Source of the DNA: Candidatus Poribacteria bacterium
Lineage (GTDB): Bacteria > Poribacteria > WGA-4E > PCPOR2b
Assembly (NCBI GenBank): GCA_965198175.1
Contig: OZ240245.1
Location: forward strand, 4,320,001 to 4,384,000
Length of the DNA: 64,000 bases
Direction of reading: 5' to 3'
A model generated the notes under the pieces. It was not told the origin of the DNA. It worked only from the letters and a program-made list of their open reading frames with translations, and searched no databases. Positions 42,318 to 53,361 of the stretch are shown here, one piece after another (positions within the stretch are counted from its first letter, which is position 1; every line of letters starts with the position of its first letter). The position numbers and the translations under genes are program-made.

Positions 42318-45300
42318 ATGTCTATCGACACCAAAAACCTACCCGAAGCCGCTAATAATCAGTCGCTCTTTTCGGATTACTACCTCGATTCCCTCATCGT
42401 TGAACAACCGCAGTGGAAGAATACACCCGATATTGAATCGGATTACGCCGCAATTAAAAATCTCTTCGACGCTGTCGCACCCAACGCAGAACACCTCAAC
42501 GAGCCACAAACTGAACGCGAGTTCATCCAACCGCTGCTTGAACAGTTAGGGCACGTTTTCGAGGTGCAGCCCGCACTGCAAACATCGCTGGGAACCAAAA
42601 GACCCGATTATGGCTTCTTTGAATCGACTGACGCCCACAATACGGCAAAACCCCACATCAACACAAACCGGTTCTTCAAAACTGCCCTAGCCGTCGGTGA
42701 CGCGAAGGCGTGGTCACGCAACCTGGATCGGAAGGTGCAGGGCACCAGCGACCCGTTTAACAATCAGAATCCGAACTACCAGATCGATTTCTATCTGCGA
42801 GGCGCGGATAAAAACTGGGGCATCTTGACCAACGGTAGGCAGTGGCGGCTCTACCAGCGTCAGACCAGTTATCGGCTCGACAGTTTTTATGAGGTAGACC
42901 TCGCCGCGCTTCTCTCCGAAAACGGAGACCTAGATAACTTCCGCTATTTCTACTGTCTCTTTCGGCGCGATGCTTTCATCCCCGATGCGAGCGGGACATC
43001 CTTCCTCGACCGCGTATTGGGGGAGAGCCGGGAATACACCGTCAACGTTTCTGATGATTTGACAAACCGCATCTACGATGCCCTACGCCTGCTCATCGGC
43101 GGCTTCCTCCATTTTCCCCGCAACGGTTTCGACAAAGCCAATCCGCCGTTACATGAGATTCACACCAACTGCCTAATTCTTCTCTACCGCCTTCTGTTTA
43201 TCCTCTACGCTGAAAGCCGTGACTTGCTCCCCCTAAACAACCGCGATTACGCGATGCAATACAGCCTCGACCATTTGGCAACCGACATCCACGAAAAACT
43301 GGAAGGCGGTATCGCCTTCGCGCCGGGCGCGAGCCTCTATTGGACGGGGCTGCGCCAGTTATCTACGCTCGTCAACGACGGTTGGGAAGACCACATCCCG
43401 CAGTATAACGGCGGGCTTTTTAATCCGCAACAGCATCCGTTCCTAGAAAATCATGAGATAGGCGACGATTCGCTCGCACAAGTTATCGAACTCCTGACCC
43501 GGACCGAAGAAGGCGAACGCATCGCCTACCGCGATCTTGATGTGCGCCATCTGGGAAATATCTACGAGGGCTTGCTAGAATTTCAACCCCAAATTGCCGA
43601 TCAAGATTTGGTCGTCGTTTCAAAGAAAGGAAACGAGACGGTCGCGCCAAAGTCCTCTCCCAATCAGGAGATCGTTTATCCAAAGGGAGAAATCTATCTG
43701 CTGACGGACAAGGGTGATCGGAAGGCGACCGGGAGTTACTACACGCCCGATTACATCGTCCGCTATATCGTCGAAAACACCCTCGCGCCGCTCTGTGAGG
43801 GCAAAACCGTTAAGGAGATTCTATCGCTCAAGATTCTCGACCCTGCCACAGGCAGCGGTCACTTTCTCGTCGGCGTCGTTGATTATCTCGCCGAAGAACT
43901 AATCACACACCCGGATGCGCCGTTCATGACCGAAACGGCAAGCGAAGAGACGGAGCTCGCCTATTGGCGGCGGCGCGTCGTAGAATCGTGCGTTTACGGC
44001 GTCGATCTCAACCCCATGGCGGTGGAGTTGGCGAAACTCTCGCTCTGGCTGCACACGGTGGCAAAGGGCGAACCGCTTTCGTTTCTCGACCATCACATCC
44101 GTGCCGGCAATTCCCTGATTGGGGCGAAGATTGCGAAACTCTCGAACCTACCGCAACTGAAGAGAAGCCGCCGCAAAACGGACGAACCTCAGACAGAAGA
44201 ATTTTCGATGGCGTTCCCTTTCACCGACACAGTGGCAACCGCCATCGGACACTACCTGCTAATTGAGGAAGTGGAGAGCCGCACCGCCGACCAAATTCAC
44301 GCAAAGGAACATCAATTAGACATCGCGCAGACGATGCTGCGCTTTCACAAAGGGATGGCGAATCTCTGGACAAGCCTCTATTACGGAAATAGTGTTTCTC
44401 GTACGGAATATCACGCCGCACTTGATGCGCTGCGTGACAAGAAAATGGCGGAACTTGAGGCGATGCCATCCTATCAACGGTCGCAGGAGATAGCAACAGA
44501 GAAGCGGTTCTTCCATTGGGAGATTGAGTTCCCCGAGGTGTTTCGTGATAAGTACGGACGGGAGAAGGATAATCCGGGGTTTGATGCGGTTGTGGGAAAT
44601 CCGCCGTGGTCCGGTAAAGAAAATATGCTTACTGAGGATGATTATAGATATTTGCGAGATCTAGACATAGATAATCTCAATTACTATCCTTATTTCATAG
44701 TTATTAGCTTGAATAAGACTCGCCTTGGTGGGATCTTTGCTATGGTTCTGCCCGACAGCTTACTTATCAAAGCATACCATCGTACACGCCAATATATGTT
44801 AAATGGCCATACACTGAGGGAAATCACCCACTTGACGAAACCGTTTGAGGGCGTCGATCATGATGTTATAATTATCAGAGCCATATCAGGCAAGGCTCAA
44901 AATGACTACATAATGTGTCGAATAGTTCCTTATAAATCAACTCAGATAACACATGCTAACGTGAGTCAGGTACGGCATGAAAGTTGGAATGATAAACAAT
45001 TTGACTTTCGGTTTAATCTCCTAATTGACGAAAAAATCGAGGCAATCTCTAACAAACTGAGCAATGTAGGAATTGATTATAGATTCATCTGTGAAACCCA
45101 CGAAGGTATTCACACACGGCACAAACGTACTGAATTATTTCCAGAATCTGTTGATGATCTAACTCCATTGCATAAACCGCTGCTTATCGGCGAAAAATCC
45201 GGTGACATCATAGAACCATACTATATTCAATGGAATGGTCGCTACGTAAACTACGATCCAACACTTTGTACCCCTAATAACAAAGGAATGACACCAGATC

Positions 45301-46121
45301 TAGTGAATCCAGCATGGTTCACACAACCAAAGCTTGTTATTGTTCGCACAGGGGAACAATTTACCACCGCCATTGATCGAGAGCATCTTTATTTGAGCAA
45401 TAATTTGTTTAGTTCATTCCGTAGGCAGGATTCTAGATTAGACGTAAGTTATGAATACCTCTGTTGTTTGCTAAATTCCAAACTACTGCAAAAGTTTCTT
45501 CGCATCCGAATTGCTCCAAGGTTTGGTAGACTTTACGTAGAAACTAAGATTAAACATCTTGACCTTCTTCCCATCCGCCGCATCAACTTCACTACCCCCG
45601 CCGATGAACGCGACCGCCAACTTGAAAAAGCAAAAACGCTCTACCAATTCTGCCTCAACAAAGGTAGCATAGACTGCGTGCTTGGCTTCGTAAAGCACCA
45701 TCTCGCCGCCAATCCAGAGCGTTCCGACATCGTCCACGACCTACTCGGCTTCCTCGCGGCGCAGATGGTTGAGATGAACAAGACAAAAGGGCAGGAGATT
45801 CGCGGCTTTCTGCACTGGCTGGAACGGGAAATCGGGGTGGAAATTGAGGCACTCAAGAACAAGACCGCGATTCGGGGTTATTTCGATCTGCCGTTTGATC
45901 GCCTGCTGGATGTCCTCAGGAAAAACCGTCGGTGCATCGCCGTCGATTTATCAAGCCGAAATTTCCAAGAATCGTTGGAGCGCGAGTTTACAGCTAGCTG
46001 CGCCAAAATCAACCCCTTGCTCACCCGCATTCAGAGTACCGACGCGCTGATTGATCAGGTGGTCTATCAACTCTACGGCTTGACGGATGAGGAGATTGCC
46101 GTTGTAGAGGGGGAAGTCTGA
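42318..46121 (+). CDS. Type IIG restriction-modification enzyme (Eco57I-like endonuclease + gamma-class N6-A MTase + TRD)
   Basis: RPDY...GDAK nuclease motif, GILTNGRQWRLY, LGNIYEGLLE, GSYYTP, LDPATGSGHFL, YGVDLNPMAVEL, FDAVVGNPPW, C-terminal IDQVVYQLYGLT. Confidence 0.9.
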   Translation: MSIDTKNLPEAANNQSLFSDYYLDSLIVEQPQWKNTPDIESDYAAIKNLFDAVAPNAEHLNEPQTEREFIQPLLEQLGHVFEVQPALQTSLGTKRPDYGFFESTDAHNTAKPHINTNRFFKTALAVGDAKAWSRNLDRKVQGTSDPFNNQNPNYQIDFYLRGADKNWGILTNGRQWRLYQRQTSYRLDSFYEVDLAALLSENGDLDNFRYFYCLFRRDAFIPDASGTSFLDRVLGESREYTVNVSDDLTNRIYDALRLLIGGFLHFPRNGFDKANPPLHEIHTNCLILLYRLLFILYAESRDLLPLNNRDYAMQYSLDHLATDIHEKLEGGIAFAPGASLYWTGLRQLSTLVNDGWEDHIPQYNGGLFNPQQHPFLENHEIGDDSLAQVIELLTRTEEGERIAYRDLDVRHLGNIYEGLLEFQPQIADQDLVVVSKKGNETVAPKSSPNQEIVYPKGEIYLLTDKGDRKATGSYYTPDYIVRYIVENTLAPLCEGKTVKEILSLKILDPATGSGHFLVGVVDYLAEELITHPDAPFMTETASEETELAYWRRRVVESCVYGVDLNPMAVELAKLSLWLHTVAKGEPLSFLDHHIRAGNSLIGAKIAKLSNLPQLKRSRRKTDEPQTEEFSMAFPFTDTVATAIGHYLLIEEVESRTADQIHAKEHQLDIAQTMLRFHKGMANLWTSLYYGNSVSRTEYHAALDALRDKKMAELEAMPSYQRSQEIATEKRFFHWEIEFPEVFRDKYGREKDNPGFDAVVGNPPWSGKENMLTEDDYRYLRDLDIDNLNYYPYFIVISLNKTRLGGIFAMVLPDSLLIKAYHRTRQYMLNGHTLREITHLTKPFEGVDHDVIIIRAISGKAQNDYIMCRIVPYKSTQITHANVSQVRHESWNDKQFDFRFNLLIDEKIEAISNKLSNVGIDYRFICETHEGIHTRHKRTELFPESVDDLTPLHKPLLIGEKSGDIIEPYYIQWNGRYVNYDPTLCTPNNKGMTPDLVNPAWFTQPKLVIVRTGEQFTTAIDREHLYLSNNLFSSFRRQDSRLDVSYEYLCCLLNSKLLQKFLRIRIAPRFGRLYVETKIKHLDLLPIRRINFTTPADERDRQLEKAKTLYQFCLNKGSIDCVLGFVKHHLAANPERSDIVHDLLGFLAAQMVEMNKTKGQEIRGFLHWLEREIGVEIEALKNKTAIRGYFDLPFDRLLDVLRKNRRCIAVDLSSRNFQESLEREFTASCAKINPLLTRIQSTDALIDQVVYQLYGLTDEEIAVVEGEV

Positions 46122-46230
46122 TTGAAACACACCGGGACGAAAGGACAAAGTTTTTAGTTCAATAAAGATCTGTCTCCATAATCTGATAGTTTAACGCAAC
46201 CTTGTAGTTATGATACAAGGAGGGAATAAA

Positions 46231-46992
46231 ATGAGAAGGTTTCTCGCATCGCTAACATCGGCAATCATTTTTCTAACGCCATCTTTGGGAAGCGCACTCA
46301 GGATTGCGGACACCCCAGAATCTCGACGCAGCCAGACCTTGCTCTACATGGTTGAACGCTCCACCTTAGTTGTTGTCGGCACAGTAGTGCGCATGGACTA
46401 TGTGCGTCGTAATAAAGACCAGTTTCCTGGCATTTATGGCGGATTAACTACAGACATGACAGTCCGCGTGGACGATTTGATAAAAGGCAAGCCCAACGCC
46501 GGCAAGAAATATGTAAAATTCATGATTCCAGGTGGCAAAGGCATTAGTCCGCGCAATGGCAGGGCGATACAGCGTAGAATTGCCGGTCAGGTTGAGTTTG
46601 AATTAGGTGAAAAGGCAGTGCTGTTTCTGAGAAACAAATTTCCAAAATCGCCAAATGGACACCTTGTTAATTATCCGCATGGCGGCTATCGCATGTTACA
46701 CCCACAGTATAAGCGAGAAATTTTAGATGGATACGTACAGATTGCTTTTATGCGAGATGAAACCTCTAGACCAAAATATGTTGATGTTCCGCTCGAGTTA
46801 GGAGTAAATCTTGCAAAGGCATTTCTTAAGGATAAGGCTGCAACTTGTTCATTAGAGCAGGAACTCAAATTTTCAGATACCATTTCAGATACCACAGGAA
46901 AGCGTAACAAAGTCTTTCTACCCGAAGCGCTCGTAAAAGACTTAATTGAAGCATCAAAAAAGATACTTGATAAGGAGAAGATCCAAGAGTAA
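46231..46992 (+). CDS. Hypothetical secreted protein
   Basis: AGGAGGG RBS; signal peptide; VVVGTV...IKG...PGG...FELGEKAVLFL pattern. Confidence 0.7.
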   Translation: MRRFLASLTSAIIFLTPSLGSALRIADTPESRRSQTLLYMVERSTLVVVGTVVRMDYVRRNKDQFPGIYGGLTTDMTVRVDDLIKGKPNAGKKYVKFMIPGGKGISPRNGRAIQRRIAGQVEFELGEKAVLFLRNKFPKSPNGHLVNYPHGGYRMLHPQYKREILDGYVQIAFMRDETSRPKYVDVPLELGVNLAKAFLKDKAATCSLEQELKFSDTISDTTGKRNKVFLPEALVKDLIEASKKILDKEKIQE

Positions 46993-47120
46993 TGTTTCAT
47001 TCTCGCTATCAAGAGTCTTTTTTTCGGTTCGGCTTCTGCCTATTATTCCGACTAGCACGCCTTCAACAAGAAGCGTCTACCAGACGTTGGCGCCGACGGC
47101 GGCAAAACCGACATCGGTGG

Positions 47121-47265
47121 TGAAGCCCAACGCTTTTGAAACCTCCGGACGACAGAAAAGCGTTGGGTTTCGCTACATCCAACAATTCTCGAACTCAATT
47201 GACCAACAGACCGATTCGTCATAATCCACATGTTTCATCATCACCGCTCTACCCAACCTGCAAAA
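47121..47265 (+). repeat. REPIN-like repeat, left of the HNH gene
   Basis: Hairpin CCCAACGCTTTT...AAAAGCGTTGGG; ends CTCTACCCAACCTGCAAAA; inverted homologue at 47970-48117. Confidence 0.8.
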
Positions 47266-47353
47266 ACTGCCCGGATAACTTCGCCTATCCGTTTGATGGG
47301 AAGAATTACTGCCCCCGCTTGCGTAACTTCCACGTCGTATGAGTGTCAAGCGT

Positions 47354-47944
47354 TTAATCTTCACCATTGGAGAAGTGCTTGGAAAAATCGGGTTTCAACT
47401 TGTAAACCGTTTCATGTCCGTATCCATCCAAGCCTGCCGCTTGGGCTGGAACAACATCGACAAACCGCCCAATTGCCTGTGTAATCTTCGCTTCTACTGC
47501 TATGTCACCACAAGCAAACATGATTCCGAGATTACCGAGCAGTGCCGCGATAACGGGCTCCGTCCCTAGCGCTTCAGCGATTTGTGTGTATCGTTCACGG
47601 TCTGCGTGATAATGCCAGTTGGCTTCATGCCAGACGGAATACGGCAGGATTTTCTTTGGTTTCTCATCTTCACTAAGAGGTGTGCGTTGGCAACAATCTT
47701 TCACAACATCGCCATAAAAATTCCGAACATTAGACTTTTTCATGTGGCACTTCGGACACAATGCTTGCAAGTCTTCACAACTTTCGTTTCCCAATGTGTC
47801 GTAATGCCGGTGATGGATTTGCGTTGCTTCACGGTAGCATCCGCCTTCGCATTCACACTTGCCGCGACAATCGTCTAATTTCGCCTGTCGTTTCGCTTTC
47901 CATTGCTCAGATTGCATATATTTCTGATGGTCTACATCGGACAT
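47354..47944 (-). CDS. HNH endonuclease (Cys4 zinc type) with C-terminal extension
   Basis: YMQSEQWKAKR...CECEGGC...IHHRHYDTLGNESCEDLQALCPKCH; GAGGA RBS before MSDVD (47944). Confidence 0.8.
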   Translation of the reverse strand: MSDVDHQKYMQSEQWKAKRQAKLDDCRGKCECEGGCYREATQIHHRHYDTLGNESCEDLQALCPKCHMKKSNVRNFYGDVVKDCCQRTPLSEDEKPKKILPYSVWHEANWHYHADRERYTQIAEALGTEPVIAALLGNLGIMFACGDIAVEAKITQAIGRFVDVVPAQAAGLDGYGHETVYKLKPDFSKHFSNGED

Positions 47945-47973
47945 GACAGCAGTCCTCACTTTTCTTAGATTTT

Positions 47974-48207
47974 GTAGTTTGGGTTGAGTGGAATTCATGA
48001 AACATGTGAATTATGAGGCATGAGTTTGGTTTGTTGATTGAGTTCAAGATTTGTTTGCGTGTAGCGAAACCCAACGCTTCTTGGTCGTCCGGAGGTTATA
48101 AAAGCGTTGGGTTTCGCTGCATCATAACAGATTTTTACCAAATTCAGCCCCCGGAACCAATCCTCCCTTTGTGGCAACCCTTGCCGACACCGCTCTACCC
48201 AACCTAC
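47974..48207. repeat. Complete REPIN-like element (234 bp), right of the HNH gene
   Basis: Termini GTAGTTTGGGTTGAG and CTCTACCCAACCTAC; internal 16-bp stem GCGAAACCCAACGCTT...AAGCGTTGGGTTTCGC. Confidence 0.8.
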
Positions 48208-48279
48208 AAGTGCTACATGTATTTTTGAGTTTGTCGTGACCGAAATTTGCAAAAACAATGCTTCCCTGGCGACGTATTA

Positions 48280-48313
48280 CCCCTTTTTTATAGACTGTAA
48301 AAACTGTAATTTT
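48280..48313 (-). repeat. Right arm of the 34-bp long-range inverted repeat
   Basis: CCCCTTTTTTATAGACTGTAAAAACTGTAATTTT. Confidence 0.85.
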
Positions 48314-48370
48314 GTCCGCCCAAATGCTGTCATTTACCGCATCGATTCGGCAACCTTGGAAACCCATACA

Positions 48371-48529
48371 ATCAACCGAGCGGATAGATCAAGTGACCGA
48401 ATAGGATCAACCGAACGAATAGTGAGGAATCAATGGAGCGAATAGTGACTGCGATAGTTTTTGTAGTTCTTCATAGAGATCTTAGGCGATAAATTTCTCC
48501 GCTGACCGACACCGCACCCCCCAACCTAC
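48371..48529 (+). repeat. REP-family element with four 17-bp sub-repeats
   Basis: ATCAAnnGAnCGRATAG at 48371, 48388, 48406 and 48429, then TGACTGCGATAG as at 7414; ends CCCAACCTAC. Confidence 0.75.
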
Positions 48530-48714
48530 TTCCACAATTTGTATTAGGCATGCCAAACCAGTCAAGGCAGTTCCGTCCTACTGTAGGATGCTACCATCGG
48601 GTTGAGAATGCGGGTTGGATCAATGGGGATAAGACCATCCGTCTGATTGACTAACGATCTATCTAGTGTGAGGAAAGGTTTGCGCGTTTCAGTTGGAGCT
48701 TGCGTACGTAAGTC

Positions 48715-49869
48715 CTACACGGACCTCAATCCTCGCCCTGCCTTCCACTGCCGCCAGAAATTAATGCCGACGCTGAATAAAAGAGCGACGCCGACGATTC
48801 CCAACATCAATCCCAGTATCGCAATTCTGGGGATGCTTATTCCATACCAACAGCCGCCAATCAGTGCCATCGCGATGAAGAGGTCTTGGATACACCGCTG
48901 TCGCGCCGTTCTGAGAACAACTCTTAGGTTCTTCCGTCGCTCTTGCTTGACATACTTCGTCAACAATTCGACGGAGATTTGGGGCGGATAGGTGCGGGCT
49001 TCATCGGGAGAGACATCTCGGACGCATCGAAATCCGATATTACTCGCAGTGTAGTCTGGCGGTGCGTGAAGCCGATTTGCGCTGCGGAAATATCGCTCCG
49101 CGGTCTCGTCTCTAACCTCTAACCATGAACCGCCTCTCAAGACCTTATGCTGATTCCCGTAACCCCGATCGGTGTGCGGATTCCCTGAATAGGGCTTAAA
49201 CCTATCTGAGGTCCATTCCCACACATTCCCCGCAACTTCATGCACCCCGTAGGGACTTGCTGTAAGAGGGCGCGAACCCACCGGCGTACGTTCATCTGTG
49301 AGAATTTGTGCCATGTCCGACTGCTGCGCTGTGGTATTCGGGTCTCCGAATCGTCTGTTCCTCTTTCCGTCCGAGTCGCCTGCGGATGGATGACTGAAAA
49401 AGTGGTTTCCCCAAGGATAGATACGTCCATCGGCGCCTCTAGCGGCTTTTTCCCATTCTACTTCCGACGGCAAACGTCCCCCCGCCCATTGGGCATAGGC
49501 GTTCGCATCGTACCAATTAACGTGGGCGACGGGCAAAATTTCCTCGCCGTGCGTAACCATTCCGTTCCTCCAATCGGGCGGAGCAGGATGTCCGGTCGCA
49601 TTCACAAAGGTTTCATATTCCGCATTCGTGACCGGGTAACGGTCAATCCGATAAGGTCCTAGATACACAACGTGCATCGGCGCTTCATTTAATTTCGCGT
49701 ATTCAGATTGGGGTAAGATTGTGCCATAAAACGGTTCAGTATCCGTCCCCATGATGAAGGCACTCGGTGGGATGAGGACGATGTCTGGACGAAGGGCGCT
49801 GTGCGATTCGTGGGAGTTGTCCGAACGGTTGACGACTTCCGAAGCGTTGCTTCTACGGTCTGCGTTCAT
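48715..49869 (-). CDS. Formylglycine-generating enzyme (SUMF1/EgtB)-family domain protein with two C-terminal TM helices
   Basis: YPVTNAEY, RLPSEVEWEKAARG, AGNVWEW, VLRGGSW, IGFRC; ATGA overlap with the upstream stop. Confidence 0.85.
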   Translation of the reverse strand: MNADRRSNASEVVNRSDNSHESHSALRPDIVLIPPSAFIMGTDTEPFYGTILPQSEYAKLNEAPMHVVYLGPYRIDRYPVTNAEYETFVNATGHPAPPDWRNGMVTHGEEILPVAHVNWYDANAYAQWAGGRLPSEVEWEKAARGADGRIYPWGNHFFSHPSAGDSDGKRNRRFGDPNTTAQQSDMAQILTDERTPVGSRPLTASPYGVHEVAGNVWEWTSDRFKPYSGNPHTDRGYGNQHKVLRGGSWLEVRDETAERYFRSANRLHAPPDYTASNIGFRCVRDVSPDEARTYPPQISVELLTKYVKQERRKNLRVVLRTARQRCIQDLFIAMALIGGCWYGISIPRIAILGLMLGIVGVALLFSVGINFWRQWKAGRGLRSV

Positions 49870-50684
49870 CGTCGAAAATTCCATTCTTCCGCCGCGTATT
49901 TTGTTTGTGCTAAACAATTTGCGGATTCGACCTCTTGGGCTGAAAGTTCACCTTCAATCAACTGAACGCCCATCTGTTCCTCGAATCCGGAGGCGACCGC
50001 AGCCTCAATTTCCCGCCGATCGATCGGTGCGCTGTCGTGGGTGTTGATGAATGCGGAATTTCTCTCAAGGTAACGATCGAAATCGGGTTGCCGTGAGGCG
50101 AGTGCTAATACATCGGGGGGTGGCATGTCGAGCGCGATGTAACCTTGGTACATCACACCAATCTGGTTGCGGCGCTGGGATACGCCAGCGATTTTTTTCC
50201 CATCAAGCATAAGGTCGTACTTGGCTGGATTGGTGAGGCAGATGTTAGCGAGATCTGTTCCAGACCGCGTATCCCGACTCGCGTGTTGCACCAGCGCTTC
50301 GATCTGTGGATTTGCGACCCCAATTCTTTGGAAGCCGCTAATCAGGCAGCCGCTGATAGCACTGTATGATGCTGAGATGGATTTCGGCAGGATGCCGTTG
50401 TGCGGTACAGCGATCGCATAGGTGACATCCCAACCGTGAACGACTGTGCCGCCGCCTGTCATTCGGCGAACAAGCTCGATGCTTCGTGCAGCACAAGCTT
50501 CGACATCGACTTTTTGAGCGATTCGTTGAAAGTAACCAAAGCTGAAGGCGGGTTGCGACCAATCATAAAACCGCAGCGTCGGTTGAGGGCTAGATTCTTG
50601 ACTCAGAAGGATAGCCTCATCAATTGCCATGTTCATCGCAGCGTTATGTTGTCCGGTCCTCAAAACTCGCCAAGTGTGATTCAT
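49866..50684 (-). CDS. Lipoate-protein ligase A / octanoyltransferase LipM family
   Basis: NMAIDEA, TLRFYDW, VRRMTGGGTVVH, GKKIAGVSQ. Confidence 0.88.
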   Translation of the reverse strand: MNHTWRVLRTGQHNAAMNMAIDEAILLSQESSPQPTLRFYDWSQPAFSFGYFQRIAQKVDVEACAARSIELVRRMTGGGTVVHGWDVTYAIAVPHNGILPKSISASYSAISGCLISGFQRIGVANPQIEALVQHASRDTRSGTDLANICLTNPAKYDLMLDGKKIAGVSQRRNQIGVMYQGYIALDMPPPDVLALASRQPDFDRYLERNSAFINTHDSAPIDRREIEAAVASGFEEQMGVQLIEGELSAQEVESANCLAQTKYAAEEWNFRR

Positions 50685-50799
50685 ACGTTCCCTCTTTCCC
50701 AAAGGACAACTCTTTTATACGGTATCCTAAAATCCCAAGCCCGTCGCCTGTCCAAACGATGTGTCTGTTACCCTTGCTCACGGTGGCTAAATTGACCTG

Positions 50800-52164
<1,365 letters not shown>

Positions 52165-52318
52165 TTAGCACTGCGCGCCGATCAATCACTGGTCGCTAAT
52201 TTTCAACGTTCTCCGCCCGGATACGATTTCGATTCCACCTTTTACACTCGACTTTGGAGACGTTGCGTAGCTACCGCAAATATCCTTGACGGTCTGAAGT
52301 GCCAAGTAAGATTTTACC

Positions 52319-52348
52319 TTGACAGCATTATATACAGAGGTGTAGAAT
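52319..52348 (+). promoter_or_regulatory. Sigma-70 promoter
   Basis: TTGACA, 18-bp spacer, TAGAAT. Confidence 0.55.
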
Positions 52349-52425
52349 AAAATTGGGGACAGCTATTTTCTTCAATTTTAGGGAAAAAGCAACGACTCAT
52401 AACAACTTCAATAAGGAGATTAACA

Positions 52426-53280
52426 ATGCTTACCTTAGTGCCGAGCAATAAGAGCCAAAGTGTTGCACATATCACCTTAACCAGTTTGTTTTTGATCGCT
52501 AGCGTTAGCTTATCGCTAGCACATATCCCTCCATCAGCATCTGTATCACCACTTGCTAAGGTTGAACGTGTAGTGATTGATGATGACCAGTATATAAGGG
52601 CATCAGCTTACATCTTTGCCTCTACTGGAAACCACAATGAAAACCACCAACATAGAGGATCTTATTATCTCCATATCTACCTAGTACCCGAATTTGGAGA
52701 TCCCGGGAATGCACCTCATAGTGTGTTCAAATATAAGTCTGCCGATAACGTGCCTTTATCAGGTCAAGACAGTATGGCAGACTTATTATCGGATTTGAGA
52801 TCCTTGATGTCGGGTTGCTGGACAGGCGGAGCTATGGCTACAGGTTCTATTTGGACTGATGGGCTTTCAGACCATCTAACAGATACGGATAATGATGGTG
52901 ATACAATTTGCCCGCTGGCAGCCTCACAAGCCACCAGTAACGGCACACCAAATAATCTTGCTCAGATTAACGAAGAAATATCTGATGCAATTACATTTGG
53001 TGAGGAAGGCACAAACGCTGCCCTGTATCTAAATGGGAGCATCTACTCGATGAACTTTGACCCTAACAATGCCGTTTATGTCCACGAAGAAAATGGCGTA
53101 ACCTTTACACTTGGTAAAGCTAGTCTTGTTCGTGCATATAACAACGCAAGCTTAGAGGATGGAGCTAATGTTGTTCAGCTAGATTCATTGGACAGCGAGG
53201 TCTCTCATGCTGCTCCACCTAGAATAAAACTGACTAGGAGGATCTTAACTACAACTTTGGCTTCGATGAAGCAAAGGTAG
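52426..53280 (+). CDS. Hypothetical secreted protein with a variant of the C-terminal tail
   Basis: AAGGAG RBS; hydrophobic N-terminus; ends AAPPRIKLTRRILTTTLASMKQR. Confidence 0.7.
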   Translation: MLTLVPSNKSQSVAHITLTSLFLIASVSLSLAHIPPSASVSPLAKVERVVIDDDQYIRASAYIFASTGNHNENHQHRGSYYLHIYLVPEFGDPGNAPHSVFKYKSADNVPLSGQDSMADLLSDLRSLMSGCWTGGAMATGSIWTDGLSDHLTDTDNDGDTICPLAASQATSNGTPNNLAQINEEISDAITFGEEGTNAALYLNGSIYSMNFDPNNAVYVHEENGVTFTLGKASLVRAYNNASLEDGANVVQLDSLDSEVSHAAPPRIKLTRRILTTTLASMKQR

Positions 53281-53289
53281 TTATCCCTT

Positions 53290-53337
53290 AAAGGTGAAGG
53301 GTAGTTAAACGTATACACAAATATACCCTTCACCTTT
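53290..53337. terminator. 14-bp perfect stem-loop between the two islet genes
   Basis: AAAGGTGAAGGGTA, 20-nt loop, TACCCTTCACCTTT. Confidence 0.55.
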
Positions 53338-53361
53338 TACAAACTCATAAGGAGATTTTCA

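Noticed and set aside
46946..48445. Small ORFs 46946..47224, 47995..48258, 48122..48367, 48236..48445 (and 41968..42180)
   Set aside because: They are translations of the REP/REPIN repeats (hence the shared SVGFRY and VGWVER peptides) and show no other coding signal.
48371..48457. CRISPR array from the 17-bp repeats (also at 7356-7425 and 4075-4148)
   Set aside because: Units are degenerate and mostly separated by 0-6 bp, with no 26-72 bp unique spacers and no cas genes.
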